A stretch of DNA of 64,000 nucleotides from positions 1 through 64,000 of IMG/VR virus record IMGVR_UViG_3300044825_000698. The stretch is one strand, 5' to 3'. A program made the translations under genes and the position numbers. Position 1 is the first letter of the stretch; the number at the start of each line of letters is the position of its first letter. Under the pieces are notes generated by a model. That model did not search any database and was not told the origin of the DNA. It saw only the letters and a program-made list of their open reading frames with translations. The stretch comes from a virus. This document shows positions 8,340 to 18,401 of this stretch, in pieces.

Positions 8340-9195
8340 TCCAGCACTCCTTGTTGTACGGGCACTTCTTACACTCCGACATTACCTGTGATGCCCACAT
8401 GGGACGAGGCGGTGGAGTGTCACCATCCAGATGTTCAACCACAGTCTGGCATCCCTGGATGATCGGGTCCATGATTTCCTGCTGGAACTCAATGATGAAC
8501 TCTTTGACTTCCTGCGACGGCTTCCATTCGTAAATGAGGATGGCCGTATCCACCTTACGGCAGTACATATAAATCGTGGCCTGGCGAATGTGGGAAGCAA
8601 ATGGCTTCTTGATGTTCTTCCACATACCGTCAAGGGTTAGTTCCTTATTCTGGTATGCATTAAACAACGTGGGGTTTTCCCAGCGTACTGTGCCGGGGCC
8701 AATGCTCTTTATCTCAATGAGGGCACGGCCCTCGTTATCGATAATCTCACCGTCAGCATGGCCCATGATGTGCAAATCGTCATGACGAATTGGCACCTCA
8801 CGGTAATAGATGTCCTTGCCAAAGCATGACTGGCAGATATTGGGGGCATCAGCGTAGAACGAGTTGGAGCAGGTGTTACAGCCCCACAGACCACAGAGGA
8901 CCCCAGCCTTCTGGAGCCAGGTCTGCCACTTGTGATGGATGCTGTGGCCCTCGGCAAATACGTTGAGACGCTGAAACGACAAGTTCTCTAATGGCGCTGG
9001 GTATCCTTTGATCTTGTACCAAGACGACCGGGGGCACCAGTCCTTCTTAGATATTTCACTTGGGTGAAGGTGCTTGGTGTCCCGACCAGCGTTCCTGAGT
9101 TCGGTTTCTCGCATTAACGCCCGCTCGACAACCGGTATCAGACGGCCACGGGTCTTGAATGAGTCCTTGTAACCCTGGTTAACCCAATCAGACAT
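8323..9195 (-). CDS. Cas4-like / PD-(D/E)xK exonuclease
   Basis: HPSEI...CPR, GHSIH, GHADG, IEIKS, HIRQATIYM, C-terminal CKKCPYNKEC. Confidence 0.85.
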   Translation of the reverse strand: MSDWVNQGYKDSFKTRGRLIPVVERALMRETELRNAGRDTKHLHPSEISKKDWCPRSSWYKIKGYPAPLENLSFQRLNVFAEGHSIHHKWQTWLQKAGVLCGLWGCNTCSNSFYADAPNICQSCFGKDIYYREVPIRHDDLHIMGHADGEIIDNEGRALIEIKSIGPGTVRWENPTLFNAYQNKELTLDGMWKNIKKPFASHIRQATIYMYCRKVDTAILIYEWKPSQEVKEFIIEFQQEIMDPIIQGCQTVVEHLDGDTPPPRPMWASQVMSECKKCPYNKECWSASNS

Positions 9196-9520
9196 TGATC
9201 AGCGCCAGGAAGTCATCCTCGTTCAGGATGACAAAGTTCCTGCCCCCCAGGTCGAACTGGAGAACAGCGATTCGGTCATCCATGATCGCTCGTGTCCTGA
9301 GTTCATCCAAGTCCTTGAACTTGATCGAGTACGACTTGGTGTTCTCGGTCAGTTTGTTCTCGATGAGGAACTGCTCGGCCCGCACGTCATTCTTTCGAAG
9401 CCAGCCAGAACCGGACCCTGCGTTACGTGAGCCACGATAACGGTTAGCCGTTCTTTCCTCTTGTTTACGGCTTGCACGCATGATGCGTTTCTGCCTGTCG
9501 CCTTCTCCGCCAAAGATCAT
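9188..9520 (-). CDS. small PD-(D/E)xK nuclease (resolvase-like)
   Basis: QE...GSGSGWLRKNDV...IENK. Confidence 0.65.
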   Translation of the reverse strand: MIFGGEGDRQKRIMRASRKQEERTANRYRGSRNAGSGSGWLRKNDVRAEQFLIENKLTENTKSYSIKFKDLDELRTRAIMDDRIAVLQFDLGGRNFVILNEDDFLALINV

Positions 9521-10566
9521 CTCAGGAAATACTCCATCGCCTTGTTCTTCAATTCATTCTGGAGGGTGATGTCTTCACGAACACCCAACAGGAGGGCATC
9601 CTTACCTTGCCATTTCTGGTCACCGTAGTTGTAGTACGCACCCGTACGGGTGATAATGTCCACAGCAATACAGATGTTTACCACGTCCTTGATGACATCA
9701 AAGTCACCAAGATGGAACGTACCGAAGTCGGCAAAGTAGAAGTCAACCTGAGCCACCTGCTGTGGGCGGTAGGTCTTGTTCTTCAGGGTCCGGGCACGGA
9801 TGGTCTGACCGACGGCTTCGTCTTTATCCTTCAACCACTCGTCACGCTTGACTTCGACACGAGTGAAGTAGTGGAAGTTCTTGGCACGGCCACCAGGAGT
9901 CGTACGGTTGTCGCCGTACATGACACCGATCTTCTCACGCCACTGGTTGATGATGAGTCCCGTACAACCACGGTCTTCATTAACGAGAGACCGTTTCTGC
10001 GCCTTAGACGACTTACGCAAGAACTTGCCGGTAAGGCGAGCACCAATACCGACCGAGAACTCGTCCATCATCTTTTCTGCTTCGTCACCTGGAACCAGAG
10101 CCGGAAGCGAATCAATGACGATGCAATCGACGGCTCGGTTATCCAATGCACGAATAACGAGATCATAAGCGTGCTCCATGACGTTGGTTTCGACTACCCA
10201 TAGGCGGTCAAGGTCTACGCCAATGGCTTTGGCGTACTCGGGAACGAACTCCTCGGCGGCAATCCACATGGCAATGAAGTCAGGGTCTAATGCCTGGTTA
10301 GCGGCGATGGTCTTGTAGGCGACCGCTGTCTTACCTGATGACTCATCGCCAATGATCTCCGACCACTGGTTCGTTGGCCAACCGCCACCGAGCATGAGGT
10401 CGAACGCCAGTACGCCCGTAGTAATGCGTGGGAGTTCTTCCCTCACAGCGCTTCCCTGAAGCACTATGTCTTCGCCATACTTCTTGTTTACGGACGCAAT
10501 GATTGAAGCAAGAGTTTCCCTCTGCTCAGTTTTAGACACGTTGTTTCCTTTGGTCAGGTTCCCCAA
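9517..10566 (-). CDS. recA: RecA/UvsX-like recombinase
   Basis: TTGVLAFDLMLGGG, Walker A GDESSGKT, VIDSLPALVP, INQWREKIGVMYG..TTPGG. Confidence 0.95.
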   Translation of the reverse strand: MGNLTKGNNVSKTEQRETLASIIASVNKKYGEDIVLQGSAVREELPRITTGVLAFDLMLGGGWPTNQWSEIIGDESSGKTAVAYKTIAANQALDPDFIAMWIAAEEFVPEYAKAIGVDLDRLWVVETNVMEHAYDLVIRALDNRAVDCIVIDSLPALVPGDEAEKMMDEFSVGIGARLTGKFLRKSSKAQKRSLVNEDRGCTGLIINQWREKIGVMYGDNRTTPGGRAKNFHYFTRVEVKRDEWLKDKDEAVGQTIRARTLKNKTYRPQQVAQVDFYFADFGTFHLGDFDVIKDVVNICIAVDIITRTGAYYNYGDQKWQGKDALLLGVREDITLQNELKNKAMEYFLR

Positions 10567-10991
10567 GAACCCTCGATGGCCTGATTATAGATGCCATTCC
10601 AGCCACACTCAAAGCACCTGGGGGCTGGTGCTTTACCGGCGATGGTTGTATTACTTGCTCGGGAACTGCGCCCGAACACATTGCTACTACCGCAGTCAGG
10701 GCAGGTCATGTTACCTTCACGGCGCATGGCTTCCCCACCACGCCACAAACGGATGGCATCACCCATACTGATTTGGTCAGTAGGAGCACGATTCTCATCG
10801 AGAACCTGTTGGCGGTCCTGAGACTGTTGGACGGGCTGGGGCGACGTAGGTACCTGGACCGGGAACCGCAGAGGGGGTGATGACGGGGGAGTCGATTGGG
10901 TGTTAGTAGGTTGTGGCCGTGGATTATTTGATAGGCGTTTTGCCCACCAGTCATTACTCATCGTCTTCGTCCTCCCCGAAGTCCGCATCAA
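10554..10991 (-). CDS. Zn-ribbon protein
   Basis: CPDC and CFEC pairs. Confidence 0.6.
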   Translation of the reverse strand: MMRTSGRTKTMSNDWWAKRLSNNPRPQPTNTQSTPPSSPPLRFPVQVPTSPQPVQQSQDRQQVLDENRAPTDQISMGDAIRLWRGGEAMRREGNMTCPDCGSSNVFGRSSRASNTTIAGKAPAPRCFECGWNGIYNQAIEGSWGT

Positions 10992-11406
10992 ATGATATGT
11001 CTAGGTCGATTTCTTCGTCCGTAAGAAACTCTAGCAGACGGTTAATTCGGTCTGGGTCCAGAACTCCATTGTCCTGTACTGCTAGTTCTAAGTATTCGCT
11101 ATCTATTAGATAGGATAATAAGGCGATACTGAAACAGATCAACACCGTCTGAGTATTTTTCAACTCGTCTTCATCGAGGTCCTGGAAAGACAGAAGAACC
11201 TCGGTCATCCAGTCGGCGCACTCTCTGACCTGGTCTGTTATGCCGAGAGCGGCAAGTGTCATCCACTTCTGGACGGTGTCGATCAGTTCGTTCTGCTGGA
11301 CTTCCAGGGAAGGAATAGCGAACCCCACCGAGTTGGCGAGAGCCTGACCATCTGATACCGATAGAGCAAGATAGAAGTTTCGTTTGTCTACCGGTGTTGA
11401 TGGCAT
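10954..11406 (-). CDS. hypothetical acidic protein
   Basis: 150-aa ORF with acidic tail. Confidence 0.6.
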   Translation of the reverse strand: MPSTPVDKRNFYLALSVSDGQALANSVGFAIPSLEVQQNELIDTVQKWMTLAALGITDQVRECADWMTEVLLSFQDLDEDELKNTQTVLICFSIALLSYLIDSEYLELAVQDNGVLDPDRINRLLEFLTDEEIDLDISFDADFGEDEDDE

Positions 11407-11407
11407 A

Positions 11408-13498
11408 CTATTTACCTTTCGCCTCCGACCAACTATAGGCCGAATGGCAGGACACTTTCAGTGGTATACCATCGTACACTATTCCGTCGCCCATCGCCTG
11501 GATGAACAACGGCTCTAGTTCGTCGACCTTATCCTCCGGAACAACGATGACCAACTCGTCGTGAACCTGAACCATCATCCTGGCCCCGGTTCCGTTAAGG
11601 GCGTCATACACATCGACCATCGCCTTCTTACAGATATCGGCGGCGGACCCCTGTACTACGGCATTGACGGCTTGTCGTTCGGCTCGTGACCGTAACGCCA
11701 TATCGGTAGAGAGGATGTCCGGTAACCGGCGACGACGGCCCGACATAGTTGTAACAAAGCCCTTTGTCATGGCTTCCCGAACTACTGATTGCTTCCATTT
11801 TGTGATCCCTGAGAACTGTTTGTAATACTGGTCGATAACGTATTTAGCATGATCTTCTTCAATGCCGGTGGTACGGGCAAGTTTCTGCGCCCCACCGCCG
11901 TACGCCGTAAGGAAGTTCACTCCCTTACCTAACTGTCGCTCATCCGGTGTTACCTCGGATACAGGCTTGTTAAGCACCAAAGCGGCGGCTCCCGCATGGA
12001 TGTCAGCGCCGGTCAAGAAGAACTCGCTCATCTTCTTATCTCCGGAGAACATACACATCACCCGAAGTTCGATCTGGTCATAGTCGGCCACGAGCATCTT
12101 GTAGCCCTCGGGGGCCACGAACAAACCACGGACGCTGGAGTCACGGGGGATGTTCTGGAGGTTGGGATTGCTCGACGACAGACGACCCGTGGCTGTGCGG
12201 TGTAAGTGGAACGACGGATGAAGTGAACCTTTGTACAACTTGGGTAAGAGGCCATCAACATACGTTGACTTCATCTTCTTGGTCTCGGCCCACTCCAGAA
12301 GCATGGGCACGACCGGATGCTTACTCTCCAACTTGCGTAATGTTTCTTCGTCGACCGAGGCGGCTCCTGTGCCCGTCTTCTTGGACGGTGTAAGACCAAG
12401 ACCACCTTCACGCCTCTTGTTGAACAGCAACTCCTGCTTGTGCTTGGTGCTATCCGGGTTGAACCCCGGTGGGGCGTAATCCATCATCCGCTTCAGCAGA
12501 TCGGTCAACGTGTTATCCAGGTCTTTGCCGAGAGTACGCATCGAGCGGTGGTTAACCGGGATGCCGTTGTCTTCCATGTCCATGAGTACACGGAGAACCC
12601 TCATGTCCTGGCGCAGACACTCAAGCAACTGATCGTTGTTCTTGATTCTGCGCCATAGCAGGCGATATAGGTTCCAGGTCCAGCGCACGTCACGGTGCAC
12701 ATACAGGCAGGCGGTCGAGAACGGGACCTCGGTGATAATGGCACCGATCTTTCCTGCTCCCTGATACGCCGAGAACCCTTCAAAGTTATTACGGATAAGT
12801 CCGTCCAGGCTGTACTCGCTTAAGTTCTCGTCCAGGATGTGTTGCATGATCATGGTGTCCATGAATGGGTCGGGTGGCAACTCATCGTCGTAGTACTTAC
12901 GGATGGAGCGAGCATCAAACTTCACGTTGTGCCCGATCTTCAGGATGTCGCTAAAGAACAGGGGGCGCAGGACGCTGAACACCTCGGAGCGAGACATCTG
13001 CGCTGGGGGTGGGCTGAACACGGCTGGCTTGAAGTACTTGGACTTGGCCATCGATTCCTGGCCACTCTTCAAGATCGCTCGGTAACCCTCAGGTGGAACA
13101 GTAGAACCGTCGCCACGTTCGGCTGGCTCGATGACCTCACCGTTAGGGTGCCCCATGGGAATGGCCCATGACCGTGTCTCGGTGGCAATACCTATCCAGA
13201 ACACCTCGTTACGCATGGGGTCCAGGGCCAGAGTGTTACGCCACTTGTTGGTGATGTTCTCTTTGGCTCGGGCCAAGATGTCAGGAGACTTGGTCTTCAG
13301 GCTGGCCGTGTGGTCTTTCCACTCGGCTTCTATCCAGTCGAGAACGTCGGGGTGTAGTTCGACAATGCCACGTGTTTCCACGTCGAAAACGAAGTGGCCC
13401 GTTCCCTGAACAACACGGACGATCTCGTCCAGTTCTTCCCTGGTAGATACAACGTAGGGGGCCATGTGGCCCCCTACGCTCGACTCTGTCGTTGTCAC
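11408..13498 (-). CDS. polA: family A DNA polymerase with 3'-5' exonuclease
   Basis: ExoI FDVET, GHNVKFD, TGRLSSSNPNLQNIP, motif A ADYDQIELRV, motif B RQLGKGVNF, motif C QVHDE. Confidence 0.97.
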   Translation of the reverse strand: MTTTESSVGGHMAPYVVSTREELDEIVRVVQGTGHFVFDVETRGIVELHPDVLDWIEAEWKDHTASLKTKSPDILARAKENITNKWRNTLALDPMRNEVFWIGIATETRSWAIPMGHPNGEVIEPAERGDGSTVPPEGYRAILKSGQESMAKSKYFKPAVFSPPPAQMSRSEVFSVLRPLFFSDILKIGHNVKFDARSIRKYYDDELPPDPFMDTMIMQHILDENLSEYSLDGLIRNNFEGFSAYQGAGKIGAIITEVPFSTACLYVHRDVRWTWNLYRLLWRRIKNNDQLLECLRQDMRVLRVLMDMEDNGIPVNHRSMRTLGKDLDNTLTDLLKRMMDYAPPGFNPDSTKHKQELLFNKRREGGLGLTPSKKTGTGAASVDEETLRKLESKHPVVPMLLEWAETKKMKSTYVDGLLPKLYKGSLHPSFHLHRTATGRLSSSNPNLQNIPRDSSVRGLFVAPEGYKMLVADYDQIELRVMCMFSGDKKMSEFFLTGADIHAGAAALVLNKPVSEVTPDERQLGKGVNFLTAYGGGAQKLARTTGIEEDHAKYVIDQYYKQFSGITKWKQSVVREAMTKGFVTTMSGRRRRLPDILSTDMALRSRAERQAVNAVVQGSAADICKKAMVDVYDALNGTGARMMVQVHDELVIVVPEDKVDELEPLFIQAMGDGIVYDGIPLKVSCHSAYSWSEAKGK

Positions 13499-13502
13499 GA
13501 GG

Positions 13503-14249
13503 TCAGTCGTCCAAGTCCTCGATGACGATGTCCATCAGTTCCTTCCGAGTGGGAATCGGAATGATCTCGGCGGTGTACGAGTCCTTGGTGAACGTCTTGA
13601 TGTCGGCCTCGCTGAGTGCCTCGATCTCCCAGTCCTCAAGATCACGGTCACGGAGCATCTGGTGGTTGGTTGCCGAGGTGGCACCCTTACCCGAACGGCT
13701 CACGGCCCAGTAGTTCTTGGACAACGGTCCCTGACGAGGGTCCTGGTGGAAGTTCTTCAACTGGTCGATGACACGAGCACCGACTTCGTATGACTTGATC
13801 GAGTGGTCTCCGTCCTTAGACAGGAGGACGACGTTGAAGGCGAAGCGCATCGACGGGCGATTACCAGCCTTACACAACGGGCAACCACGCTCGTCGATGT
13901 CATCGATGCAAGTGAACGACTTCTGACCACTGCGCTCTACCCAGTGCTGGCGATAGGTCGCATACGGGGCATCGTTCAAGAACTTGATGACGATGGGTTC
14001 TTCGGTGACTCGCAGACGCTGTGCGTACGGAGCGTCAGCGCTCTTCATCTTTTCGACAGCACCCCATCCACCCTTGATGACACGGGAGGCACTGGCCTTG
14101 ACAGCGGTGCGGTCCTCGTCGTCTTCGTCGTCGGACTCTTCAGCCTTGACGGGCGGGGCTTTCTTGACGGGGGCATCATCGTCGTCGTAACGGCGACGGG
14201 GTGCTTCCTCCGTGATTTCTGTTTCGTCTTCGTCTGTGTATCTGCTCAT
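13503..14249 (-). CDS. single-stranded DNA-binding protein (gp32-like)
   Basis: IKFL..YRQHW...C...CPLC, FAFNV, acidic termini; adjacent to polymerase. Confidence 0.7.
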   Translation of the reverse strand: MSRYTDEDETEITEEAPRRRYDDDDAPVKKAPPVKAEESDDEDDEDRTAVKASASRVIKGGWGAVEKMKSADAPYAQRLRVTEEPIVIKFLNDAPYATYRQHWVERSGQKSFTCIDDIDERGCPLCKAGNRPSMRFAFNVVLLSKDGDHSIKSYEVGARVIDQLKNFHQDPRQGPLSKNYWAVSRSGKGATSATNHQMLRDRDLEDWEIEALSEADIKTFTKDSYTAEIIPIPTRKELMDIVIEDLDD

Positions 14250-14261
14250 GATTTCTCCGTG

Positions 14262-14696
14262 TTAGTTGGGCCAGTTGTCTTTGGTGTGTTTCCTGAAGGC
14301 GACCCAATTGGCCTGGTTTGGGTCATTCAGGTGGAAACGCTCTAGAGCGTCCATCAGGAACTCTACCTGTTCCAGCGAGTAAAGTCTACGACCTTTCGCA
14401 GTTTTTCCAGGAAGTTGTTGCCCCTGTGGAGCCGGTGTCCGGTAATTGGCTTTAGGAATCCAACCACGGGACTCCCACATCCTAACCGTAACGGCTTGGC
14501 GCTGTAACGCTTTGGCGAGTTCCCCAATGGTGAAGAACATACGATCTTGACCGCCTACACGGAACACCTTAGGTTTGGCTCCGTGAAACCTGTCATCTAT
14601 TTCTGGCGTCCGTTTGGTGTTAGGACGATTCTTGGGCGGCGTGTTACCCGGCCAGTCGGGCAAGTCACCAAGGAGATCAAGGGGATCACGAGTCAC
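14262..14696 (-). CDS. MerR-type HTH DNA-binding protein
   Basis: FTIGELAKALQRQAVTVRMWESRGWIP...RRLYSLEQV; GTG start in junction motif. Confidence 0.75.
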   Translation of the reverse strand: MTRDPLDLLGDLPDWPGNTPPKNRPNTKRTPEIDDRFHGAKPKVFRVGGQDRMFFTIGELAKALQRQAVTVRMWESRGWIPKANYRTPAPQGQQLPGKTAKGRRLYSLEQVEFLMDALERFHLNDPNQANWVAFRKHTKDNWPN

Positions 14697-14916
14697 CACG
14701 CACCGCCTCTTCGTACTCGGCAAGTATTGTCTGTTTTTCTTCTGCGGTAAACAACTGCCATTTGCCTACATGGTCAATAGCGTGTTGCAGACATTCCCGT
14801 AGCCGTTCAATCTCGGCGGCGGCTCGCATGGAAATACATGGGTCATCGACTGCTCGGCAGTCGTCTGTACATTGGCACTCTCGCCGTAATCGTGTCACAA
14901 TATCGTCAGTCACCAT
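14686..14916 (-). CDS. cassette-array mini-protein (DDIVTRLR...EIERLR...EAVRG)
   Basis: motifs seen in translation. Confidence 0.6.
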   Translation of the reverse strand: MVTDDIVTRLRRECQCTDDCRAVDDPCISMRAAAEIERLRECLQHAIDHVGKWQLFTAEEKQTILAEYEEAVRGDS

Positions 14917-15205
14917 ACACCGCCTTGTATTTCTGCCATGCTTTTTTAAACTTATTTTCGTTTATGCGAAAACTGGTAACATCGCTTCCGTACTTAGTGC
15001 CAAATTCTGTCCCGGATTGTGCAAATTCTTCACATATCGACCGTAGCCGTTCAATCTCTCGTTCTAAGTGGGCTGAACGGTCGCACTCATTATGTAACGC
15101 GCTAATCCAAAACCCCATTTCTGTATTTGGGTCATAGTTTGTCACGCTCCCGTCTGAAGCAATCCATGTATTTGTTGCCTGTGTTGAACCGTATCCGTCA
15201 CTCAC
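14906..15205 (-). CDS. cassette-array mini-protein (EIERLR...AVYGD)
   Basis: motifs seen in translation. Confidence 0.55.
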   Translation of the reverse strand: MSDGYGSTQATNTWIASDGSVTNYDPNTEMGFWISALHNECDRSAHLEREIERLRSICEEFAQSGTEFGTKYGSDVTSFRINENKFKKAWQKYKAVYGD

Positions 15206-15479
15206 CACGCACCGCCTCGTATTCATCCATCACATCGTCATACCCACATTTACATTTGGACATGTTGCAATGACAGACATACCCCCGCAGATGGTGCGCC
15301 AAGTCATCAGCAAGTCGTTGTAGCCGTTCAATCTCATACAGTGCATCGCAGTAATCACATGGCGTGTGAACGTCTGGAAGCCAGTCGTGGTCATGGCGGT
15401 GCAGGCGTGTCACAATGTCGGCAACCGTCTGGTCTTTACCAAGATTAAAGTTCATGTTGACAACGATGTCGTCACTCAT
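15198..15479 (-). CDS. cassette-array mini-protein (DIVTRL...EIERL...EAVRGE)
   Basis: motifs seen; CDYC and CHC..CKC. Confidence 0.6.
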   Translation of the reverse strand: MSDDIVVNMNFNLGKDQTVADIVTRLHRHDHDWLPDVHTPCDYCDALYEIERLQRLADDLAHHLRGYVCHCNMSKCKCGYDDVMDEYEAVRGE

Positions 15480-15912
15480 CGTCGTACGTCTTTCCTTCGA
15501 CGACCTTAAATGCCCAGGATGTCTTCTCTTCGTAGAAACCTTCGATGATCGGCTCTAGTTCTGGGTTCTTCCAGACCAGGGCCATAAGAGCGTCCACGTC
15601 TAGCACTTCGACGACCTTCTTAACGGTGTCCCAATGACCTTCGGCCTTGGCCCAGTTCTGGGCCGCATGCTCATTTAGCGACCGACTGACACGCTTCTCG
15701 TTCTTCAGTTGATGCGTATTAGCCGGGAGCCATACATGGCCACGGTCATCGGTTGCGCCGTACTTCTTGACGTAACCACGAAGTGCTTCCTTGAGTTCGT
15801 CGACACGGTCGGTCGCCTTCTTGGCGAAATCCTTTGACTTCTCATACTCGTCAATCAGTTTCTGGAGATACTGATTATCGGGCTTCTGGTCTTTAATGGT
15901 CCTGGGTTCCAT
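15472..15912 (-). CDS. hypothetical protein
   Basis: 146-aa ORF in replication operon. Confidence 0.6.
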   Translation of the reverse strand: MEPRTIKDQKPDNQYLQKLIDEYEKSKDFAKKATDRVDELKEALRGYVKKYGATDDRGHVWLPANTHQLKNEKRVSRSLNEHAAQNWAKAEGHWDTVKKVVEVLDVDALMALVWKNPELEPIIEGFYEEKTSWAFKVVEGKTYDDE

Positions 15913-15918
15913 GATTCC

Positions 15919-17463
15919 TCACACTGATGTTTCTTTTAGGAAGGTTGAAAGACTGCCGAGGGTGACATCAAATCCACCCTTGATGTCGTGGTGTTTACCA
16001 TCTACGAACGCCTCGTTGATGGATTTCTTCTGCTGGAGCATTTCATACTGGCGTTCCTCGATGCTTCCCCTCATTACGAATGTCGCAATCGTAACGTGGG
16101 GGAACTGCGATGATAGCCGAATGATGCGGGCTTCCCGCTGTTCCAACTTACCACTCGACCAGGGCAAGTCGTAACTAATGAGGTAGTTGGCCATTGGCAG
16201 GTCCACGCCATAACCGCCAGCATCCGACGACAGAAACAGTCTGGTGTCTGGGTCGGTTGAGAACTGTTGTTTCGCATCATCTCGCTCCTGGGCAGTCATA
16301 CCGCCCATGAACAGAACGCTACGAGTGAGCGGTTGTGTGCGCTTCTTGATCAGGCGCAGGTTCTCCTTGAAGAAAGAGAACAGGACCACCTTATTCCTGG
16401 GGTCTTCGTCTAGAACGTCCGTGATGTAGTCGATAACAGCATCCAGTTTAGGTGTACTTGTAACACCAGTCATGATGTTCTTACTGACTAGTTCGTGGGC
16501 GTACTGACTCCCCTCGTTGCTGTTCGGATTCTCAAACAGTGCGGCGGATCTGGTAACGAGTTCCGGGTTATCGCAGAGCATCCGTAATGCCGTCAGACGG
16601 GTCATGATCTGGCCTTGAGCCTCATTAGAGGCCGCATCGTTGTAATGGCTCCACAGGTTAAATGCCGCCCCGTGCTGTCCGATCACAGTACTCAACTGAT
16701 GAAGAAGATCGGACGAAATACGATTGTAAACCTCAGCACCCTTGCCGTCGAACTGTACTGGGATTACCTGATGGATGATCTTGGGCAACTGGTCGGCTAT
16801 GTCTTCCCTGGTTTTACGAATCATGCACTCTTTCAGGGAGTCATGCAGTGCGTCCAGATTCTTATAGCGGGTTGGGCGACCAAAGTGATCACGGACGATA
16901 AACGTCCGGTCGAATAAGTCAAACCTACCGAGGATAGATGCGTCCACGAACTCCATGATCGAGAACAGTTCTTCGGGCCGGTTCTCGATGGGCTGACCTG
17001 TCAGAGCGAATCGGTAGTACACCGGCTTGGCCAACTTCTTCAGCATCTTAGAACGCTTGCTCGATCTCGACTTGAGCATTGTTGCTTCGTCCACAACGAT
17101 GCACTGCCAAGACAGGTGCTTGTAATAGGCGCTATCTCGTATTAGGGACTCGGGGTTAACGATGATGTATTTGGACGAAAGCGCTTTCTTCCATTTCTGT
17201 TCCCGTACCTTCGGCGTACCATCGATAACCACCACAGATGAGTTAGTGAACTTATTGATTTCACGCATCCACTGGTACTTCAAGGATGCTGGAACCACGA
17301 CCAGACATCGGTCGATCTCGTTCAACGCAATGAGGCGCTCGACTGCCGCAATGGTAGTCACCGTCTTACCTGCACCCATGACGAGGCCCAGCAGAAGTTG
17401 ACCACGGTCGATCATCTTGTCGACCGACTCTTGCTGGTATGGGTACAGGCTTCCGGTAAACAT
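15919..17463 (-). CDS. SNF2-family (SF2) helicase
   Basis: LYPYQ, MGAGKT, VVPASLKYQW, DEAT, LTGQPIEN, GGYGVDL, EQREARIIR. Confidence 0.93.
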   Translation of the reverse strand: MFTGSLYPYQQESVDKMIDRGQLLLGLVMGAGKTVTTIAAVERLIALNEIDRCLVVVPASLKYQWMREINKFTNSSVVVIDGTPKVREQKWKKALSSKYIIVNPESLIRDSAYYKHLSWQCIVVDEATMLKSRSSKRSKMLKKLAKPVYYRFALTGQPIENRPEELFSIMEFVDASILGRFDLFDRTFIVRDHFGRPTRYKNLDALHDSLKECMIRKTREDIADQLPKIIHQVIPVQFDGKGAEVYNRISSDLLHQLSTVIGQHGAAFNLWSHYNDAASNEAQGQIMTRLTALRMLCDNPELVTRSAALFENPNSNEGSQYAHELVSKNIMTGVTSTPKLDAVIDYITDVLDEDPRNKVVLFSFFKENLRLIKKRTQPLTRSVLFMGGMTAQERDDAKQQFSTDPDTRLFLSSDAGGYGVDLPMANYLISYDLPWSSGKLEQREARIIRLSSQFPHVTIATFVMRGSIEERQYEMLQQKKSINEAFVDGKHHDIKGGFDVTLGSLSTFLKETSV

Positions 17464-18401
17464 CAGGACATCCAGGGAGGAACCACAGTAGCCGTCGTCA
17501 GGCCCTGCTCGATCTGCTCGTCGGTCATGTCACCGATGTCCTTAACATCCATGCCCTTGTAGTTCCACCACTTAAGTCCACGTCGAGGTGTCCAGATGCG
17601 CTTATAGATGCTCTGGTTTGCTTTCATTCCAGCCTCGTCATTGTCCATGGCGATAATGACCCGTTCGGCCACGGTAGTGAGCAACTCCAACTGGATATCA
17701 GATACGTGGGCACCGAACGAGGCGACTGCTTGTGGTGATGAGTACACGCTGGCGAATCGAACGACATCCAACGGTGACTCGACTAGCACGATGGTATTAA
17801 CACGGAACCGCTCGATACCGAACAGAGTGGCGCTCTTGACAACACCCATGGGGTAATTGCGAACCCATCCGGTCTTCTTCTCCTGCCACCCCTTTAACTC
17901 AGCAGTTGGAGAGATAATCGGGATGGCCCACGACTTGTGTTCTGAGTTCCAGCGAACTCCGTACTGGTACACAAGGTCAGGATCAAGGTTACGACGAGCG
18001 CACATCTTGTCTGATACACGCTTGAACTTAGAGAACTCATGGATGTTGACGACAGGTTCTTGCTCTACATCATCTGGTTTGGTCAGACGGTTAATTGAGT
18101 TCTGGATAAGGAACTTCTGGATGTCCCACGTCGATGTAGAGCCGACCAACTCGGACAGGAGCATCGACAAGGTGCCTCGTGAACCGCATGAGAAACAGAT
18201 CCACAGTCCGGTTTTGGCGTTGATGCTCCACGATGGAGAGCGGTCATCTCTACCAGTCACACGAGCGTGGACAGGACACAGCCCTGTTATCTCTCGGTCA
18301 CCAACAGACTTCAGCGATACGCCCGCTGACTTCAGGAGTTCAGCGAGGTCAGTCGAAGGATGGGTTGACGTTGCCATCGTCATCGTTGTACACCTCTTCA
18401 A
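17463..18401 (-). CDS. DNA primase (CHC2 Zn finger + TOPRIM)
   Basis: CPVH...CFSC, LVESPLD, MDND.AG, KDIGD. Confidence 0.9.
   Translation of the reverse strand: MKRCTTMTMATSTHPSTDLAELLKSAGVSLKSVGDREITGLCPVHARVTGRDDRSPSWSINAKTGLWICFSCGSRGTLSMLLSELVGSTSTWDIQKFLIQNSINRLTKPDDVEQEPVVNIHEFSKFKRVSDKMCARRNLDPDLVYQYGVRWNSEHKSWAIPIISPTAELKGWQEKKTGWVRNYPMGVVKSATLFGIERFRVNTIVLVESPLDVVRFASVYSSPQAVASFGAHVSDIQLELLTTVAERVIIAMDNDEAGMKANQSIYKRIWTPRRGLKWWNYKGMDVKDIGDMTDEQIEQGLTTATVVPPWMS

Noticed and set aside
8323-9195. Cas4-like gene as evidence of a CRISPR-Cas system
   Set aside because: Stand-alone Cas4-like nucleases are common in phage recombination modules; no cas1/cas2 or array
6997-15335. Repeated 16-mer as a CRISPR or mini-CRISPR array
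   Set aside because: Too short, irregularly spaced (hundreds of bp), always in the same coding frame within ORFs; no leader or cas operon
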